Shown here in pieces: positions 1-13,193 of a stretch of 64,000 bases of DNA; the stretch's first letter is position 1; every line of letters starts with the position of its first letter. The notes under the pieces were generated by a model. It worked only from the letters and a program-made list of their open reading frames with translations. It was not told where the DNA came from and made no database searches. Location: NCBI RefSeq assembly GCF_018350175.1, contig NC_058368.1:51523815-51587814 (forward strand), given 5' to 3'. Position numbers and translations under genes: made by a program. This DNA is from Felis catus. Lineage: Eukaryota.

Positions 1-50
1 ACACTGATTATTCATTTTAGTTGAACAACCAGCGTTTAAAAAATATACTT

Positions 51-257
51 GGGGTGCCTGGGTGGCTCAATCAGTTGAACGTCTGACTTCAGATCAGGTC
101 ATGATCTTAGGGGTTCGTGAGCTCAAGCCCCACATGGGGCTCACTGCTCTCAGTGCAGGGCTGCCTTCAGATCCTGTATCCCCCTCCCTGACCCTCCTTT
201 GCTCACCCACGCACCCTCTCTCAAAAATAAATAAAAAAGAAAATATTAAAAAAAAAG
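51..257 (+). mobile_element. Can-SINE (tRNA-derived, feliform type)
   Basis: GGGGTGCCTGGGTGGCTCA head, CAGGTCATGATC core, CT-rich tract, AATAAA/A tail. Confidence 0.95.
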
Positions 258-279
258 ATGAGATTATTTTTAAAAAAGC

Positions 280-332
<53 letters not shown>
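280..332. repeat. (TA)n microsatellite
   Basis: Long TA dinucleotide run. Confidence 0.98.
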
Positions 333-335
<3 letters not shown>

Positions 336-1464
336 TGTCTCTAAAATTTAGACCCCCCCCCCAAGAAAATACAAAATACTTTGAGGGGAAAATAAATTTT
401 AAAAGTAAATGAATCCAAGGATTGATACTGTATTCTTTCATATGAAATATCGTTACTACTACATCAATAAAAGATGATTAAGCCTTGCATTTAAAAAAAC
501 AGGTTGATGTTTTTATTATAAGTTGATATGTGCTCATTTACAAAGAATTTTGGAAAAGCTTTATAAAAATTCACCCATAATCATACAACACAGAAATAAC
601 ATGTTAATATTTTGGTGTATTTTAATTTAATATTTCTTCTTAGAGTGTGAATATATTTTAAAAGATATTTATGATTGTACTGTATATCCAACATTCTATC
701 TTGCTTTTTTAACTCAAAATTATGTTGCAATCTTTTTTTAATTAATAGTTGAAGAATTTATTTTAATGGCTATATAATAAGGAACATGTGAAAGTATCAT
801 GTTTTATTCAATAATTTCCCTTTTGTTGTTCTATTGTTTCCATTGTTTCATCCTTATAAATAATGTTGAGATTTACATCCTTCATAACATTTTGCCATGA
901 TCTCTAATTTTATTGTGGTTGGTCTAGGTTTCTAAGAGTGGAAATACTAGATGACAGGTTTTCTTTTAAGCATTTGCATACCGTACATTGCTTTTAAGAA
1001 AGATAATACCAATTATGACTCCCAAGAGCAATTACAGAAACACCTCTATCATAGCAAGAGTGCTAGCCAAGATGATAGGCAAAATGGATATAAGATTGTT
1101 TTTGTCATTTTTTTGTTTCCTAGAGTAGTGTTTTAAAAAATATGTATGTGTAAATATACATATTTATTTAAAGTATCTATGTGTGTGGATGTGTTTATAC
1201 TCTGTCTTCTGGGAACTGTTTGTTCTTTCCTTTTCTAACCACAACTGGCAGTTTTAAAAAGCTCATTCTTTTAAGTTCTACTTTTTCAGATTTGATTAGA
1301 TAATAATCAAATTGTATAATTTTGCATTTGTTAACAACTCAGAAATCCTGTATCTTATGAGGGTAGGCTTAACTTATGAACACATACTTAGGCTATTGTG
1401 GTTGTTTAGTCCTGCAAAAATAATCACTAAGTTGGAACCAGGGAAACTTGAGCATAAAATTTAT

Positions 1465-1618
1465 TTTTATCATTACTAGTACTGTGATTTATATCCATAC
1501 TTAACTTCTCTGAGCCTCAACTAACTCAGTGATAAAATGGAGAGGATAAACTTTGTCCTCTGGGGTTGTTGTTAGAAATTAGAAGCTGTGTAAAAGAATC
1601 CAGCACATAATTGGTGTA
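1465..1618 (+). mobile_element. MIR fragment
   Basis: TTAACTTCTCTGAGCCTCA...TAAAATGG..GATAA MIR core motif. Confidence 0.65.
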
Positions 1619-2290
1619 CAACATTTTATCATCCTTCAACATCAAACCATGAGAGAGCACCTGGATACACAAGGAAAACTGATTAATGGGAAAATATAAT
1701 TACTTAATGCTTTACCAGTTTCTTCCCATACTGTATTGCCTCTTTTTTTAAATTGCAACTCTTATGTTTCCTTCAATAAAGGTAAAAACCTCAAGTTTAT
1801 ATATAAAAACCCTAAGTCTGTAAACCACTTCCTTTTCTTATTTCCTCTCTAACAGTATTCTAAATTTTGACTTAAGTCTTTCTTACTTTGCTTTTATTAT
1901 TTTTTTAAATGCTTCTTAATCGATGTTCTTCTAGGTTCATTTCATTTACTAATTAGAATTCTTTATTCATTCTTGAACTAAATTCTAGCAACTTAATAAT
2001 TATCAAATGCCAAGAATATCAGTCTTCCGATTGGCATACTTGCTTTCCACTTAACTGGTTTTCAGGACAGAGAACTAAATTTCATATCTGTTTTACAAAC
2101 TCATTTCACAATAACAATGAATTAAACCAAATGAATTACTGGAACAGGTTCTTCTGGCAATGCTAGTTATAAGATATATTGTGTACTTCATATTAAGTAT
2201 TGATTTGTTTTCGTATAGTAAGAAATACTGTATCCAAAACAATGCTGTGTTTTAGAACTGATCCCAACTGAAGTAAAGATGTATATTCAT

Positions 2291-2520
2291 CCACCTAGGT
2301 GGCTCAGTTGGTTGAGCATCCGACTTCAGCTCAGGTCATGATCTCGCCCTCTGTGAGTCTGAGTCCGTGTAGGGCCCTGTGTCAGGCTCTGTGCTGACAG
2401 CTCAGAGCCTGGAGCCTGCTTCGGATTCTGTGTCTCCCTCTCTCTCTGCCCCTCCCCTGCTCATGCTCTGTCTCTCTCTGTCTCAAAAATAAATAAAAAC
2501 ATTAAAATTTTTTTTTAAAA
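2291..2520 (+). mobile_element. Can-SINE (SINEC_Fc-like)
   Basis: GGTGGCTCAGTTGG...CAGGTCATGATCTC...GGAGCCTGCTTCGGATTCTGTG, A-rich tail. Confidence 0.95.
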
Positions 2521-2820
2521 ATGGTAGAGAATTGCACCACGCATTTCTGCTTCTGATCTTATTGGTCTAAATTTCTCTGAGAGTAAGTTCCCTTACAGAA
2601 TATTTAACTTGCGGAGAGTATACACCTTGTTAGAATTACTAGTTTTGCAAATGATAGGGGTATTTTCTAAGGATAATACCTAGCATGTAAAACCAAAATT
2701 GCAATGCTGGGGCTACGGGTTTTATATATACTTGAAAATTTCCATAAAAAATTTTAAAACTCCCAAGATAGTTGGGGAATTTGGTGGATAAGATGCGGAG
2801 GAGTATATATGTAGACATTT

Positions 2821-2911
2821 AAAAAATTTTTTTTAACGTTTATTTATTTTTGAGACAGAGAGACAGAGCATGAACAGGGGAGGGTCAGAGAGAGAGAGGG
2901 AGACACAGAAT
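2821..2911 (-). mobile_element. 5'-truncated Can-SINE (3' ~90 bp)
   Basis: Reverse SINE tail and GA tract; TSD TATATGTAGACATTT at 2806-2820 and 2912-2926. Confidence 0.9.
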
Positions 2912-5900
2912 TATATGTAGACATTTTTAATATTAATTTCAGCATAATTAACATATAGTGTTATATTAGTTTCCATGGTACAACATAGTGATTCACCAAT
3001 TTTTTACATTACTCAGTGCTCATTACAATAAGTGATGTGATTCCCTTCACTTATTTCACGCATCTTTCCACCCTCCTCCACTCCAGTAACCATCAATTTG
3101 TTCTCTATTGTTAAGAGTCTGTTTATTGGCTTATCTCTTTTTTCTTTGGTTTTTTAAATTCCACATATGAGTAAAATCATGGTATTTGTCTTTCTCTGAC
3201 TTATTTCACTTCACATTATATCCTCTAGGTCCATCCATGTTGTTGCAAATGGAAAGAGTTCATTCTGTTTAGTGACTGAATAATATTCCATTATATATAT
3301 AAATAAATATATGTATATATATATATGTATATGTATATATATAGCCTCTTTTTTTTAACAACCACTTCTTTATCCATTCATCTATTGGTGGATGCTTGGG
3401 CTGCTTCCATAATTTGGCTATTATGAATAATGCTGCAATAAACATGGAAATGTATATATCTTTTTGAATTAGTGTTTTCATATTCTTGAGGTAAATACCC
3501 AGTAGTGGAATTACTGGATTATATGGTAATTCCATTTGTAATTTTTTGAGGAACCTCCATACTTTTTTCCAGAGTGGCTGCACCAGTTTGCATTCCCACC
3601 AACTGTGCATGAATGTCCCTTTTCCTCCACATCCTCGTCAGTGCTTATTGTTTCTTGTGTTTTTGATTTTAGTCATTCTGACAAGTGTGAGATGATATTT
3701 CATTGTGGTTTTGATTTGCATTTCCCTGATGACAAGTGATGTTGAGCATATTTTCATGTGTCTGTTGGCCATCTGGATGTCTTCTTTGGAGGAATGTCTG
3801 TTCATGTCTTCTGCCCATTTTTAACGGGATTATTTGGTTGTTTTAGTATGGAGTCATGTAAGTCCTTTATATAATTTGGACACAAACTCTTTATGGGATG
3901 TGTCATTTGCAAATATCTTTTCCCATTCAGGAGGTTGTCTTTTAGTTTTTTTATTGCTTTCTTTGCCATGCAGAAGCTTTTTATTTTGATGTAGATCAAG
4001 TTTATGTTTGCTTTTGTTTCCTTTGCCTCAGGAGACTTATCTAAGGAAATGATGCTATGACGGATGTCAGTGAAATTACTGTCTGTACTTTCTTCTAGGA
4101 TTCTTATGGTTTCAGGTCTCACATTTAGGTCTTTAATCCATTTTGAGTTTATTTTTGTGTCTGGTGTAAGAAAATGGTTCAGTCTCATTGTTTTCAATGT
4201 AGCTGTTCAATTTTCCCAACCACTATTTCTTGAAGAGACAGTCTTTCTGATTCAGTTTTAGGAGGTTGTATGTGTCTAGAAATTTATCTATTTCTTCCAG
4301 GTTGTCCAGTTTGTTGGCATATAATTTTTCATAATATTCTCTTATAATACTTTGTATTTCTGTGGTGTCAGTTGTTATGTATCCTCTTTCATTTCTGATT
4401 TTGTTTATTTGAGTCATCTCTCTGTTGTTTTTGATAAGTCTGGCTAAATGTTTATCACTTTTGTTGATCTTTTCAAAGAACCAGCTCTTGGTTTCATTGA
4501 TCTGTTCTATTGGTTTTTTTGGTTTCTATTTCATTATTTTTGCTCTAATCTTTATTATTTCCTTCCTTCTACTGGTTTTGGGTTTTGTTTGTACTTCTTT
4601 TTGTAGCTCCTTAGGCATAAATTTAGGTTGTTTATTTGAGATTATTCTTGGTTTTGAGGTAGGCCTGTATTGCTATAAAGTTTCATCCTAGAACAACTTT
4701 TGCTGCATCCAAAAAGTTTTGGATCATTGTGTTTTCATTTTTGTTTGTTTCCATATACTTTTTGATTTTTTTTTATTTCTTGGCTGACCCACTCATTGTT
4801 TAGTAGCGTGTTATTTAAACTTTATGTATTTGTGTTCTTTCCAGATTTTTTCTTGTGGGTTGATTTCTAGTTTCATAGTGTCATGATAAGAAAAGATGCA
4901 TGGTATGAATTCAATCTTTTTGAATTTGTTGAGGGTTTTTTTGTGCCCTCACATGTGATCTATAGTGGAGAATGTTCCATATGTACTTGAAAGGAATGTG
5001 TATTCTGCTGTTTCAGGATAAAGTATTCAGAATATATCTATTAGATCTATCGGAACCAATGTATCATTCAAAGCCATTGTTTTCTTGTTGATTTTCTGTT
5101 TGGATAATCTATCCATTTATGTACGTGGAATGTTAAAGTTCTCTACTATTATTGTATTACTATCGATTACTTCCTTTATGTTTGTTATTAACTGCTTTAT
5201 ATACTGGGGTGCTCCTATTTTGGGTGAATAAATATTTATAATTGTTATATGTTCTTCTTGGATTGTCCCTTTTATTATTATATAATGTCCTTCCTTATCT
5301 CTTGTTACAGTCTTAGTTACAAAGTCTGTTTTGTCTGAAATAGGTATTGCTACCAGATTTCTCTTCACTTCTTTTTGCATGATAAATGTTTTTCCACTCC
5401 TTCACTTTCAATCTGTATGTGTCTTTAGGTCTGAAATGAATCTCTTGTAAACAACATATAGATGAGTCTTGTTTTTTTTATCCATACTGTCACCCTATGT
5501 CTTTTGGTTGGAACGTTTAGTCCATTTACACTCAAAGTAATTATCAATACGTGTGTACTTACTGTCATTTTGTTACTTGTTTTATGTTTGGTTTTGGAGT
5601 TCTTTTCTGTCCTTCTCTTGCTCGCTTCACTCATTATTTGCTGGATTTCTTTAGCGCTCTACTTGGATTCCTTTCTTCTTCTTCTTTTTTTTTTTGCATA
5701 TCTATTACTATTTCTTCGCATATTTCATTTGTGGTTACCATTAGGTTTATATATAACATCTTATGCATGTAGCAGTCTATATTAAGTTGATGGTCACTTA
5801 AATTTGAACCCATTCTAAAAACACTAAATTTTTACTCCTCTCCCTCCCCTGTTTCAAGTGTATGGTGTCATTCTTTACATCTTTTTATTTTGTGAATCTC

Positions 5901-6330
5901 TTGACTGAGTTTTATAGATATACTTAATTTTACTACTTTTGTGATTCCTATTGTTCTTATTCCTGCTTATGGTCTTTCCATTCCACTCACAGAGTTGCCT
6001 TTAACATTTATTTTAAGGTTGAATTCCTTTAACACTTGTTTTTTCTAGGAAACTATCTTTCCTTCTATTCTGAATGATAGCCTTGCTGGGTAGATAATTC
6101 TTGCTGGCAGGTTTTTCCTTTCAGAAATTAGTATATATTGTGCCACTCCCTCTGACCTGCTAAATTTCTGCTGAAAAAAATCAATGGATAGCCTTATGGG
6201 GTTTCCTATGTATTTAACTATTTTTTTCTCTTGCTGCTTCTACAATTTTCTCTTTACTACTTTTTGTTATTTTAATTATTGTGTATCTTGGTGTGTACTT
6301 TCTTGTGTTGATTTTGCTGTGTATCCAGGA

Positions 6331-6430
6331 TCTGGATTTCTGTTTTCTTCCCCAGATTTGGGGAATGTTCAGCTATTATTTCTGGATTTCTGTTTTCTTC
6401 CCCAGATTTGGGGAATGTTCAGCTATTATT
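6331..6430. repeat. Perfect 50-bp tandem duplication inside L1 ORF1 region
   Basis: TCTGGATTTCTGTTTTCTTCCCCAGATTTGGGGAATGTTCAGCTATTATT at 6331-6380 and 6381-6430. Confidence 0.98.
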
Positions 6431-7817
6431 TCTTCAAATACATTTTCTGCCCATTTTCTCCCTCTTCTCCTTCTGGTATCCCTATAATGTGAATGTTATT
6501 ATGCTTGATGATGTTGCTGAATTCCCTAAGTATATTTTCATTTCTGTTATTTGTTTTTCTCTCTCATGTTCAGCTTGATTGCTTTCCATCATTCTGTCTT
6601 TCAGGTTGCTGGTTCATTCTTCTGCTTCCTCTGGTCTACTCTTTATTCCCTCTAGTGTATTTTTAATTTCAATTATTGAGTTCTTCATCTCTGATTGGTT
6701 ATTTTTTGTGTCTTCTTTCTCTTTGTTGAGGGTCTTACTGAGGCATTCCAGTCTTTCCTCAAGTCCAGTGAGTATCTTTATGACAATTACTAGAAATTCT
6801 CTATCACGCATATTACTGATCTCTGTTTCATTTAGCTCTCTTGCTATGATTTTTCTTGTTCTTACATGTGGAACACAGTCCTCTGTCTCTTCATTTTGTC
6901 TAACTCACTATGTCTGTTTCTTGGTGTTAGGAAAGTCAGCTATGTCGCCTGTTCTTGGAAGTAGTGGCCTTATGAAGAAGAGGTCCTGTAGTGCCCACTG
7001 TGCAGTGCCCCCTGTTCACTGGAAGCTGGTGCTTCAAGAGTGTCTCCTCCATGTGTTATGTGCACCCTGCAGTGTGGCTGAGCTGCTTTTGCCTTCAGTC
7101 CAGTTGTCTGCAATGGTTCTCTTTGCCTGTTGTGAGCAGGGTTTTGTTCCTTTTTGTTAGTGGGCTAGTCTGGGACCACCTTGACTTGAGTTGCATCAGA
7201 CCAGGCATTTTCCATAACTGCAATATCACAAAACTGCAGGGCACTTTCCCTATGTTGTCTTCTGAGAAGCTTTTGCTGATGGGTAGGCTGCAGTGAGACC
7301 AGATGTCTGTCTCCAGCCCACTGCTTGGACCTCAGTTGGACAGATATGTGTGGTTATCTTCCTCTCTCCCTGGGGCAAGAGTTACTTTGCAGTGGTACTG
7401 ACCCCTGTCATGGCTGCTTGCACACTGCCGGGCTTGTTGTGGCACTACTTTTGGTGAGTTCTGGCCAAGCCTATATTGGAGTGGGCAGGTCTGTGTGAGA
7501 ATGTAGGGAATGGGGATATGGTGCTAGCAAGGTTTCCACAAATCTGCTATGGGGGGAAGGGACCTGGAATGACTTAGGAAACTCCTGCCACTGGGACAGA
7601 GGGGGCAGATCCACAGAAGCACTCAAGGGAGAGGCTCACTGTTAGCAAGTTAGGTGGAGAGTTTTGGCATTGTGCTGGTTCCCTGCAGGTGTCTGTGTAT
7701 CTAGGCTAGGGGGTAGGGGAGGGAAATGACACCCATCAGGTCTTTTGTTCTTGAAATCTCTCAACAATTCCTGGCTTTGCAGCACATGTTCTGACATAGG
7801 AAACAAATCTACCTCCT

Positions 7818-8045
7818 GGGGCACCTGGGTAGCTCTGTTGGTTAAGCATCCAACTCTTGGTTTTGGCTCAGGTCATGATCTCACTGTTGGTGAGTTCCAG
7901 CCCCACATCGGGCTCCACACTGGCTGTGTGGAGTCTGCTTGGGATTCTCTCTCCCTCTCTAACTGCCCCTCCCCTGCTCTCGCTCTCTCTGTCTCTCTCA
8001 AAATAAATAAATAAAAACTTACAAAAATTTATTTAAAAAAAAGGA
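7818..8045 (+). mobile_element. Can-SINE inserted in L1 5'UTR
   Basis: GGGGCACCTGGGTAGCTC head, A tail; AAACAAATCT on both flanks. Confidence 0.93.
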
Positions 8046-8650
8046 AACAAAGAAAACAAATCTCACACTGCTGCTTCTATGTTGTATCTCTGCAGGGCTG
8101 TTTGTTGTGCTGTCTCTTAAAGGGTAAGGACTCAGCCCACTGAATTTTAAAGTTTCAGATGTTAAGCTCCACTGATTGTAAACACTTATAAAGCCAGGCC
8201 CCTCTGGCCTTCAAAACCAAGTGTTATGGGGATTTGTCTTCCCAGTGTGGGCCCCCTGGTGCCTGAGCTACCTGGTATGGGATCCTCTTCTCCCTTTCCA
8301 TACCTGTGAGGTCCCTCCTATGGACAGTCGTGTGGATCCATTTGGCTCCTGACCATATCTCTGCCCTCCTTACTCTCTTCAGTGTAGCCTTCTTCTCTAC
8401 ATATAGCTCTTCTGTTGGTCTTCAGGTCATTTTCTGATTTATTTATACTGATGTGGATGTTATCTAATTGTATCTGTGGGATGCTCCACTACTCTTCCAC
8501 CTTCCCTGGAAGTCCATATACATAGGTTTAATGGTATGATTAGTGTTCTAGATCTTGGGTTGGGTGATATATTTATGAGTATTGACTACTCATGATTTAT
8601 TTATTATGATTTATTTATTACATATTTATTACATGTATTGTTTACTTAGC

Positions 8651-10830
8651 TTTATTTATTCATTTATTCATTTATTTATTTATTTATTTTTATTATGAAA
8701 TTTATTGTCAAATTGGTTTCCATACAACACCCAGTGCTCATCCCAACAGGTGCCCTCAATACCCATCACCCACCCACTCCTCCCTCCCACCCCCATAAAC
8801 CCTCAGTTTGTTCTCAGTTTTTAGGAGTCTTATGTTTTGGCTCCCTCTCTCCCTAACCATTTTTTTTTCTTCCCCTCCCCCATGGTCTTCTGTTAAGTTT
8901 CTCAGGATCCACATAGGAGTGAAAACATATGGAATCTGTCCTTCTCTGTATGACTTATTTCACTTAGCAAACACTCTCCAGTTCCATCCATGTTGCTACA
9001 AAAGGCCATATTTCATTCTTTCTCATTGCCATGTAGTATTCCATTGTGTACATAAACCACAATTTCTTTTTCCATTTATCAGTTGATGGACATTTAGGCT
9101 CTTTCCATAATTTGGCTATTGTTGAGAGTGCTGCTATATACATTGGAAACAAGTGCCCCTATGCATCAGCACTCCTGTATCCCTTGGGTAAATTCCTAGC
9201 AGTGCTATTGCTGGGTCATAGAGTAGGTCTATTTTTAATTTTTTGAGGAACCTCCACATTGTTTTCCAGAGTGGCTGCACCAGTTTGCATTCCCACCAAC
9301 AGTGCAAGAGGGTTCCCATTTCTCCACATCCTCTCCAGCATCTATAGTCTCCTGTTTGTTCATTTTGGCCACTCTGACTGGCGTGAGGTGATATCGAAGT
9401 GTGGTTTTGATTTGTATTTCCCTGATGAGGAGAGATGTTGAGCATCTTTTCATGTGCCTGTTGGCCATCTGGATGTCTTCTTTAGAGAAGTGTCTATTCA
9501 TGTTTTCTGCCCATTTCTTCACTGGATTATTTGTTTTTCGGGTGTGGAGTTTGGTGAGCTCTTTATAGATTTTGGATACTAGCCCTTTGTCCGATATGTC
9601 ATTTGCGAATATCTTTTCCCATTCCGTTGGTTGCCTTTTAGTTTTGTTGATTGTTTCCTTTGCTGTGCAGAAGCTTTTTATCTTCATGAGGTCTCAATAG
9701 TTCATTTTTGCTTTTAATTCCCTTGCCTTTGGAGATGTGTCAAGTAAGAAATTGCTGCGGCTGAGGTCAGAGAGGTTTTTCCCTGCTTTCTCCTCTAGGG
9801 TTTTGATGGTTTCCTGTCTCACATTTAGGTCCTTTATCCATTTTGAGTTTGTTTTTGTGAATGGTGTAAGAAAGTGGTCTAGTTTCATTCTTCTGCATGT
9901 TGCTGTCCAGTTCTCCCAGCACCATTTGTTAAAGAGGCTGTCTTTTTTCCATTGGATATTCTTTCCTGCTTTGTCAAAGATGAGTTGGCCATACTTTTGT
10001 GGGTCTAGTTCTGGGGTTTCTATTCTATTCCATTGGTCTATGTGTCTGTTGTTGTGCCAGTAGCATGCTGTCTTGATGATTATAGCTTTGTAGTAGAGGC
10101 TAAAGTCTGGGATTGTGATGCCTCCTGCTTTGGTCTTCTTCTTCAAAATTACTTTGGCTATTCGGGGCCTTTTGTGGTTCCATATTTGTGGTTCCAAATT
10201 TAAGATTGCTTGTTCTAGCTTCAAGAAGAATGCTGGTGCAATTTTGATTGGGATTACATTGACTGTGTAGATAGCTTTGGGTAGTATTGACATTTTAACA
10301 ATATTTATTCTTCCAATCCATGAGCACATAATATTTTTCCATTTCTTTGTATCTTCTTCAATTTCCTTCATCAGCTTTCTATAGTTTTCAGCATACAGAT
10401 CTTTTACATCTTTGGTCAGGTTTATTCCTAGGTATTTTATGATTCTTGGTGCAATTGTGAATGGGATCAGTTTCTTTATTTGTCTTTCTTGTTGCTTCAT
10501 TATTAGTGTATAAGAATGCAACTGATTTCTGTACATTGATTTTGTATCCTGCAACTTTGCTGAATTCATGTATCAGTTCTAGCAGACTTTTGGTGGAGTC
10601 TCTTGGGTTTTCCATGTATAATATCATGTCATCTGCAAAAAGTGAAAGCTTAACTTCATCTTTGCCAATTTTGATGCCTTTGATTTCCTTTTGTTGTCTG
10701 ATTGCTGATGCTAGAACCTCCAACACTATGTTAAACAACAGCGGTGAGAGTGGACATCCTGTCAAGTTCCTGACCTCAGGGAGAAAGCCCTCAGTTTTTC
10801 CCCATTGAGGATGATATTAGTTGTGGGCTA
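8651..10830 (-). mobile_element. Young felid LINE-1, 5'-truncated (~2.2 kb; part of RT to 3'UTR), frameshifted and with stops
   Basis: ORF2 fragments [17 protein letters not shown]...[47 protein letters not shown] at 8636-8650 and 10831-10845. Confidence 0.97.
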
Positions 10831-10889
10831 TATTGTTTACTTAGCATTATTTATTTTTAAATGAAAAACTTAATTTACTTTTCTGGCAA

Positions 10890-12045
10890 GTTTTTATTTG
10901 AAAGTTTCAAATAAGGAGAAAATATAATGCAATGGATAATACAAAATGGATAATACAAAAAATTCATCTACTCCCATTAACTCAACAATTATTAACATGT
11001 TGCCAAATTCTTAAATATTTCTGTCTTTATATACATGGATACATTGATTTCCTTGCTGAAATATTTATTTATTTTTAAATTTTTAATGTTTTATTATTTA
11101 TTTTATTTTTGAGAGAGAGAGAAAGAGAGAGAGAGAGAGTACAAGCAGAGGAGGGGCAGAGAGAGAGGGGGACACAGAATCTGAAGCAGGCTCCAGGCTC
11201 TGAGCTATCAGCACAGAGCATGACGCAGGGCTTGAACTCACAAACCACGACATCATGACCTGAGTCAAAGTCGGATGCTTAACCAACTGAGCTGCCCAGG
11301 TGCCCCATTTACCTTTCTGAAATATTTAAAAGTCATTTGCAGACATATGAAATGCCACCCCTTGATATTTCATCATGCAACCTCTAAAAATAAGAATGGT
11401 CTACTTAATCTAAGTGCCATTATTACATCCAAGAAAATTAATAGTAATTTTATGTTATTTAATATCCACTCCATATTCAAAGTCTCCCAATTGTCTCCAA
11501 ATGCCTTTTGTAGATGCATATTTTAAAGTATTAAATTTAACATATTAAATTTGATGGTAATCTCTTTTAATTTAGAACAATTTGCAACCCATTGAGTTGA
11601 CTTTTTGAATATACAGGACATTTGTCTTATACAGTATATTCTATATTCAGATTGTTTCTCATGATGTTATTTAACCTGTTTCTTTATTCCTTGTATTTCA
11701 TGTAGACTGAAATTTAAGTTTAGACTTGATTAAATTCAAATTAAGCTTATTTGTCAAGAATCCTTCATTCCCAACACATGTAATATGACTTCATATCTAA
11801 TCTGGAAGTATATAATGTCATGTTGTCCCACTACTAATGATACTTAGTGTGATTTTTAAGTTCAGATGGCAACTGCCAGGTCTCCACATTGTAAAGGTAC
11901 ATTTTACCCTTTGGAATTAATGAATAAACTGAGAGGTGATACTTGGGCACTGTGGCAATATCCTGGTCTCCCAATAAGATGTTCCATAATTTTAGAAGTC
12001 ATTTCCTAGGTATTGCAAAATCTTGATTTTCTAATTCTGCCATAC
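10890..12045 (-). mobile_element. Old L1 (L1MC-like) 3' region, interrupted by a SINE
   Basis: AAGAAAATTAATAGTAATT...TCCATATTCAAAGTCTCCCAATTGTCTC resembles the L1MC4/5 3'UTR. Confidence 0.6.
11067..11306 (-). mobile_element. Can-SINE
   Basis: Ends CCCAGGTGCCCC; TSD approx ATTTCCTTGCTGAAATATTT / ATTTACCTTTCTGAAATATTT. Confidence 0.95.
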
Positions 12046-12179
12046 TAAATGCAATTTTTCCCAATATTTTATGTTTTTTAAAGAACTACATCAGAATGCT
12101 AGAGCTTTAGCTTACATGAATGAATTCAGGTTAACAGAATTTTCATTATCAGTATTAGACTGACCTAGAAACATTTTTT

Positions 12180-12558
12180 AATATTGTGAATTGTGTCATC
12201 TCAAAATTGATGTCAAATTTATAACCCCTCAAAGTAATGCTATTTGGAGATGAAGCCTTTGGGAAGTGATTAGGTTTCAATGAGGCCATGAGAGTGGGGC
12301 CCTCACCCTGGGATTAGTACTCTTAGAAGAAGAAGACACCAGAAAGTACATTCTTCCACTGCCCACCCCTCATCATGTTAGGACACACAGAAAGGATGGC
12401 TGTCTGACAGCCACGAAGAGAACTCTCACTAGAACCCTACCATGCTGTCACTCAGATTATAGCTGTCCAGCCTCTAAAACAATGAGAAAATGACTTTCCA
12501 CTGTTGAAGCCACCCAGTCTATATCATTTTGTTGTGGCAGCCCAAGCAGAATAATATA
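12180..12558 (+). mobile_element. MaLR solo LTR (MLT1A-like)
   Basis: TATTTGGAGATGAAGCCTTTGGGAAGTGATTAGG...GTCCAGCCTCTAAAACAATGAGAAAA...GTTGAAGCCACCCAGTCT...GCAGCCCAAGCAG motifs. Confidence 0.85.
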
Positions 12559-12566
12559 TAGTTTTT

Positions 12567-12795
12567 TATTTTGTTTTGTTTTTTATAAAGTTTATTTATT
12601 TCTTTTGAGAGAGACAGAGACAGTGTGAGTTGGTGAGGGGCAGAGAGCGAGGGAAAGAGAAAAGTCCCAAGCAGGCTCCTCGTTGCCAGCACAGAGTCTG
12701 ACACAGGGCTCAATCCCATGAACCATGAGATCATGACCTGAGCTGAAACCAAGAGTCAGATGCTCAACTGACTGAGCCACCCCAGGTGCTGCCCC
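12567..12795 (-). mobile_element. Can-SINE (first of tandem pair)
   Basis: GAGATCATGACCTGAGCTGAAACCAAGAG...CAGGTGC; T-rich tail. Confidence 0.95.
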
Positions 12796-12801
12796 TATAG
12801 G

Positions 12802-13035
12802 TTGTTTTTTTTTAATTTAGTTTTTTAAGCTTTATTTTTATTTTGAGAGACAGAGACAAAGCATGAGCAGGGGAGGAGCAGGGAGAGAGGGAGACACAGA
12901 ATCTGAAGCAGGCTCCAGGCTCTGAGCTGTCAGCACACAGCCCGACATGGGGCTCAAATCCACAAGCTGTGAAATCATGACCTGAGCCGAAGTCAGATGC
13001 TTAACCAACTGAGCCACCTAGGCACCCCCCCCCCC
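12802..13035 (-). mobile_element. Can-SINE (second of tandem pair)
   Basis: GGCTCCAGGCTCTGAGCTGTCAGC...GAGCCACCTAGGCACCCC. Confidence 0.95.
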
Positions 13036-13193
13036 ATAGTTTTTAAAGCGTTGTAGAACCCCTTGTCTCACCCACACTCCTATGAAAATTTCTCACATAT
13101 TGCTACAGATTTTCTTAGGAAATATGACACTCTGATCTGAATTTCACAAGCTGAAAAACATTGAGGAGCATCTTTATTGCTTTTTCTTCATAG

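Larger units (their letters stand above)
2927..8515 (-). mobile_element. Older carnivore LINE-1 with 5'UTR, ORF1 remnant, ORF2 endonuclease and C-terminus; RT region deleted
   Basis: Minus ORF fragments: SNKMTVSTHVLIITLSVNGLN (EN start), [59 protein letters not shown]1-like 6614-6811; probable TSD ATATATGTAG / ATATACATAG differing by opposite-strand CpG decay. Confidence 0.92.

Noticed and set aside
62..441. 116-aa and 115-aa ORFs
   Set aside because: Read-through of a SINE and a (TA)n run; the YIYIYI tract is the microsatellite.
6579..7160. 193-aa hydrophobic plus-strand ORF
   Set aside because: Antisense of L1 ORF1/5'UTR; composition reflects T-rich antisense L1.
10171..10196. Short TTTGTGGTTCCA duplication in L1, and a 14-bp duplication at 10931-10958
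   Set aside because: Ordinary slippage events with no wider significance.
9694..10569. 291-aa ORF, the longest in the track
   Set aside because: Fragment of L1 ORF2 in a 5'-truncated copy, bounded by a frameshift and a stop; not a host gene.
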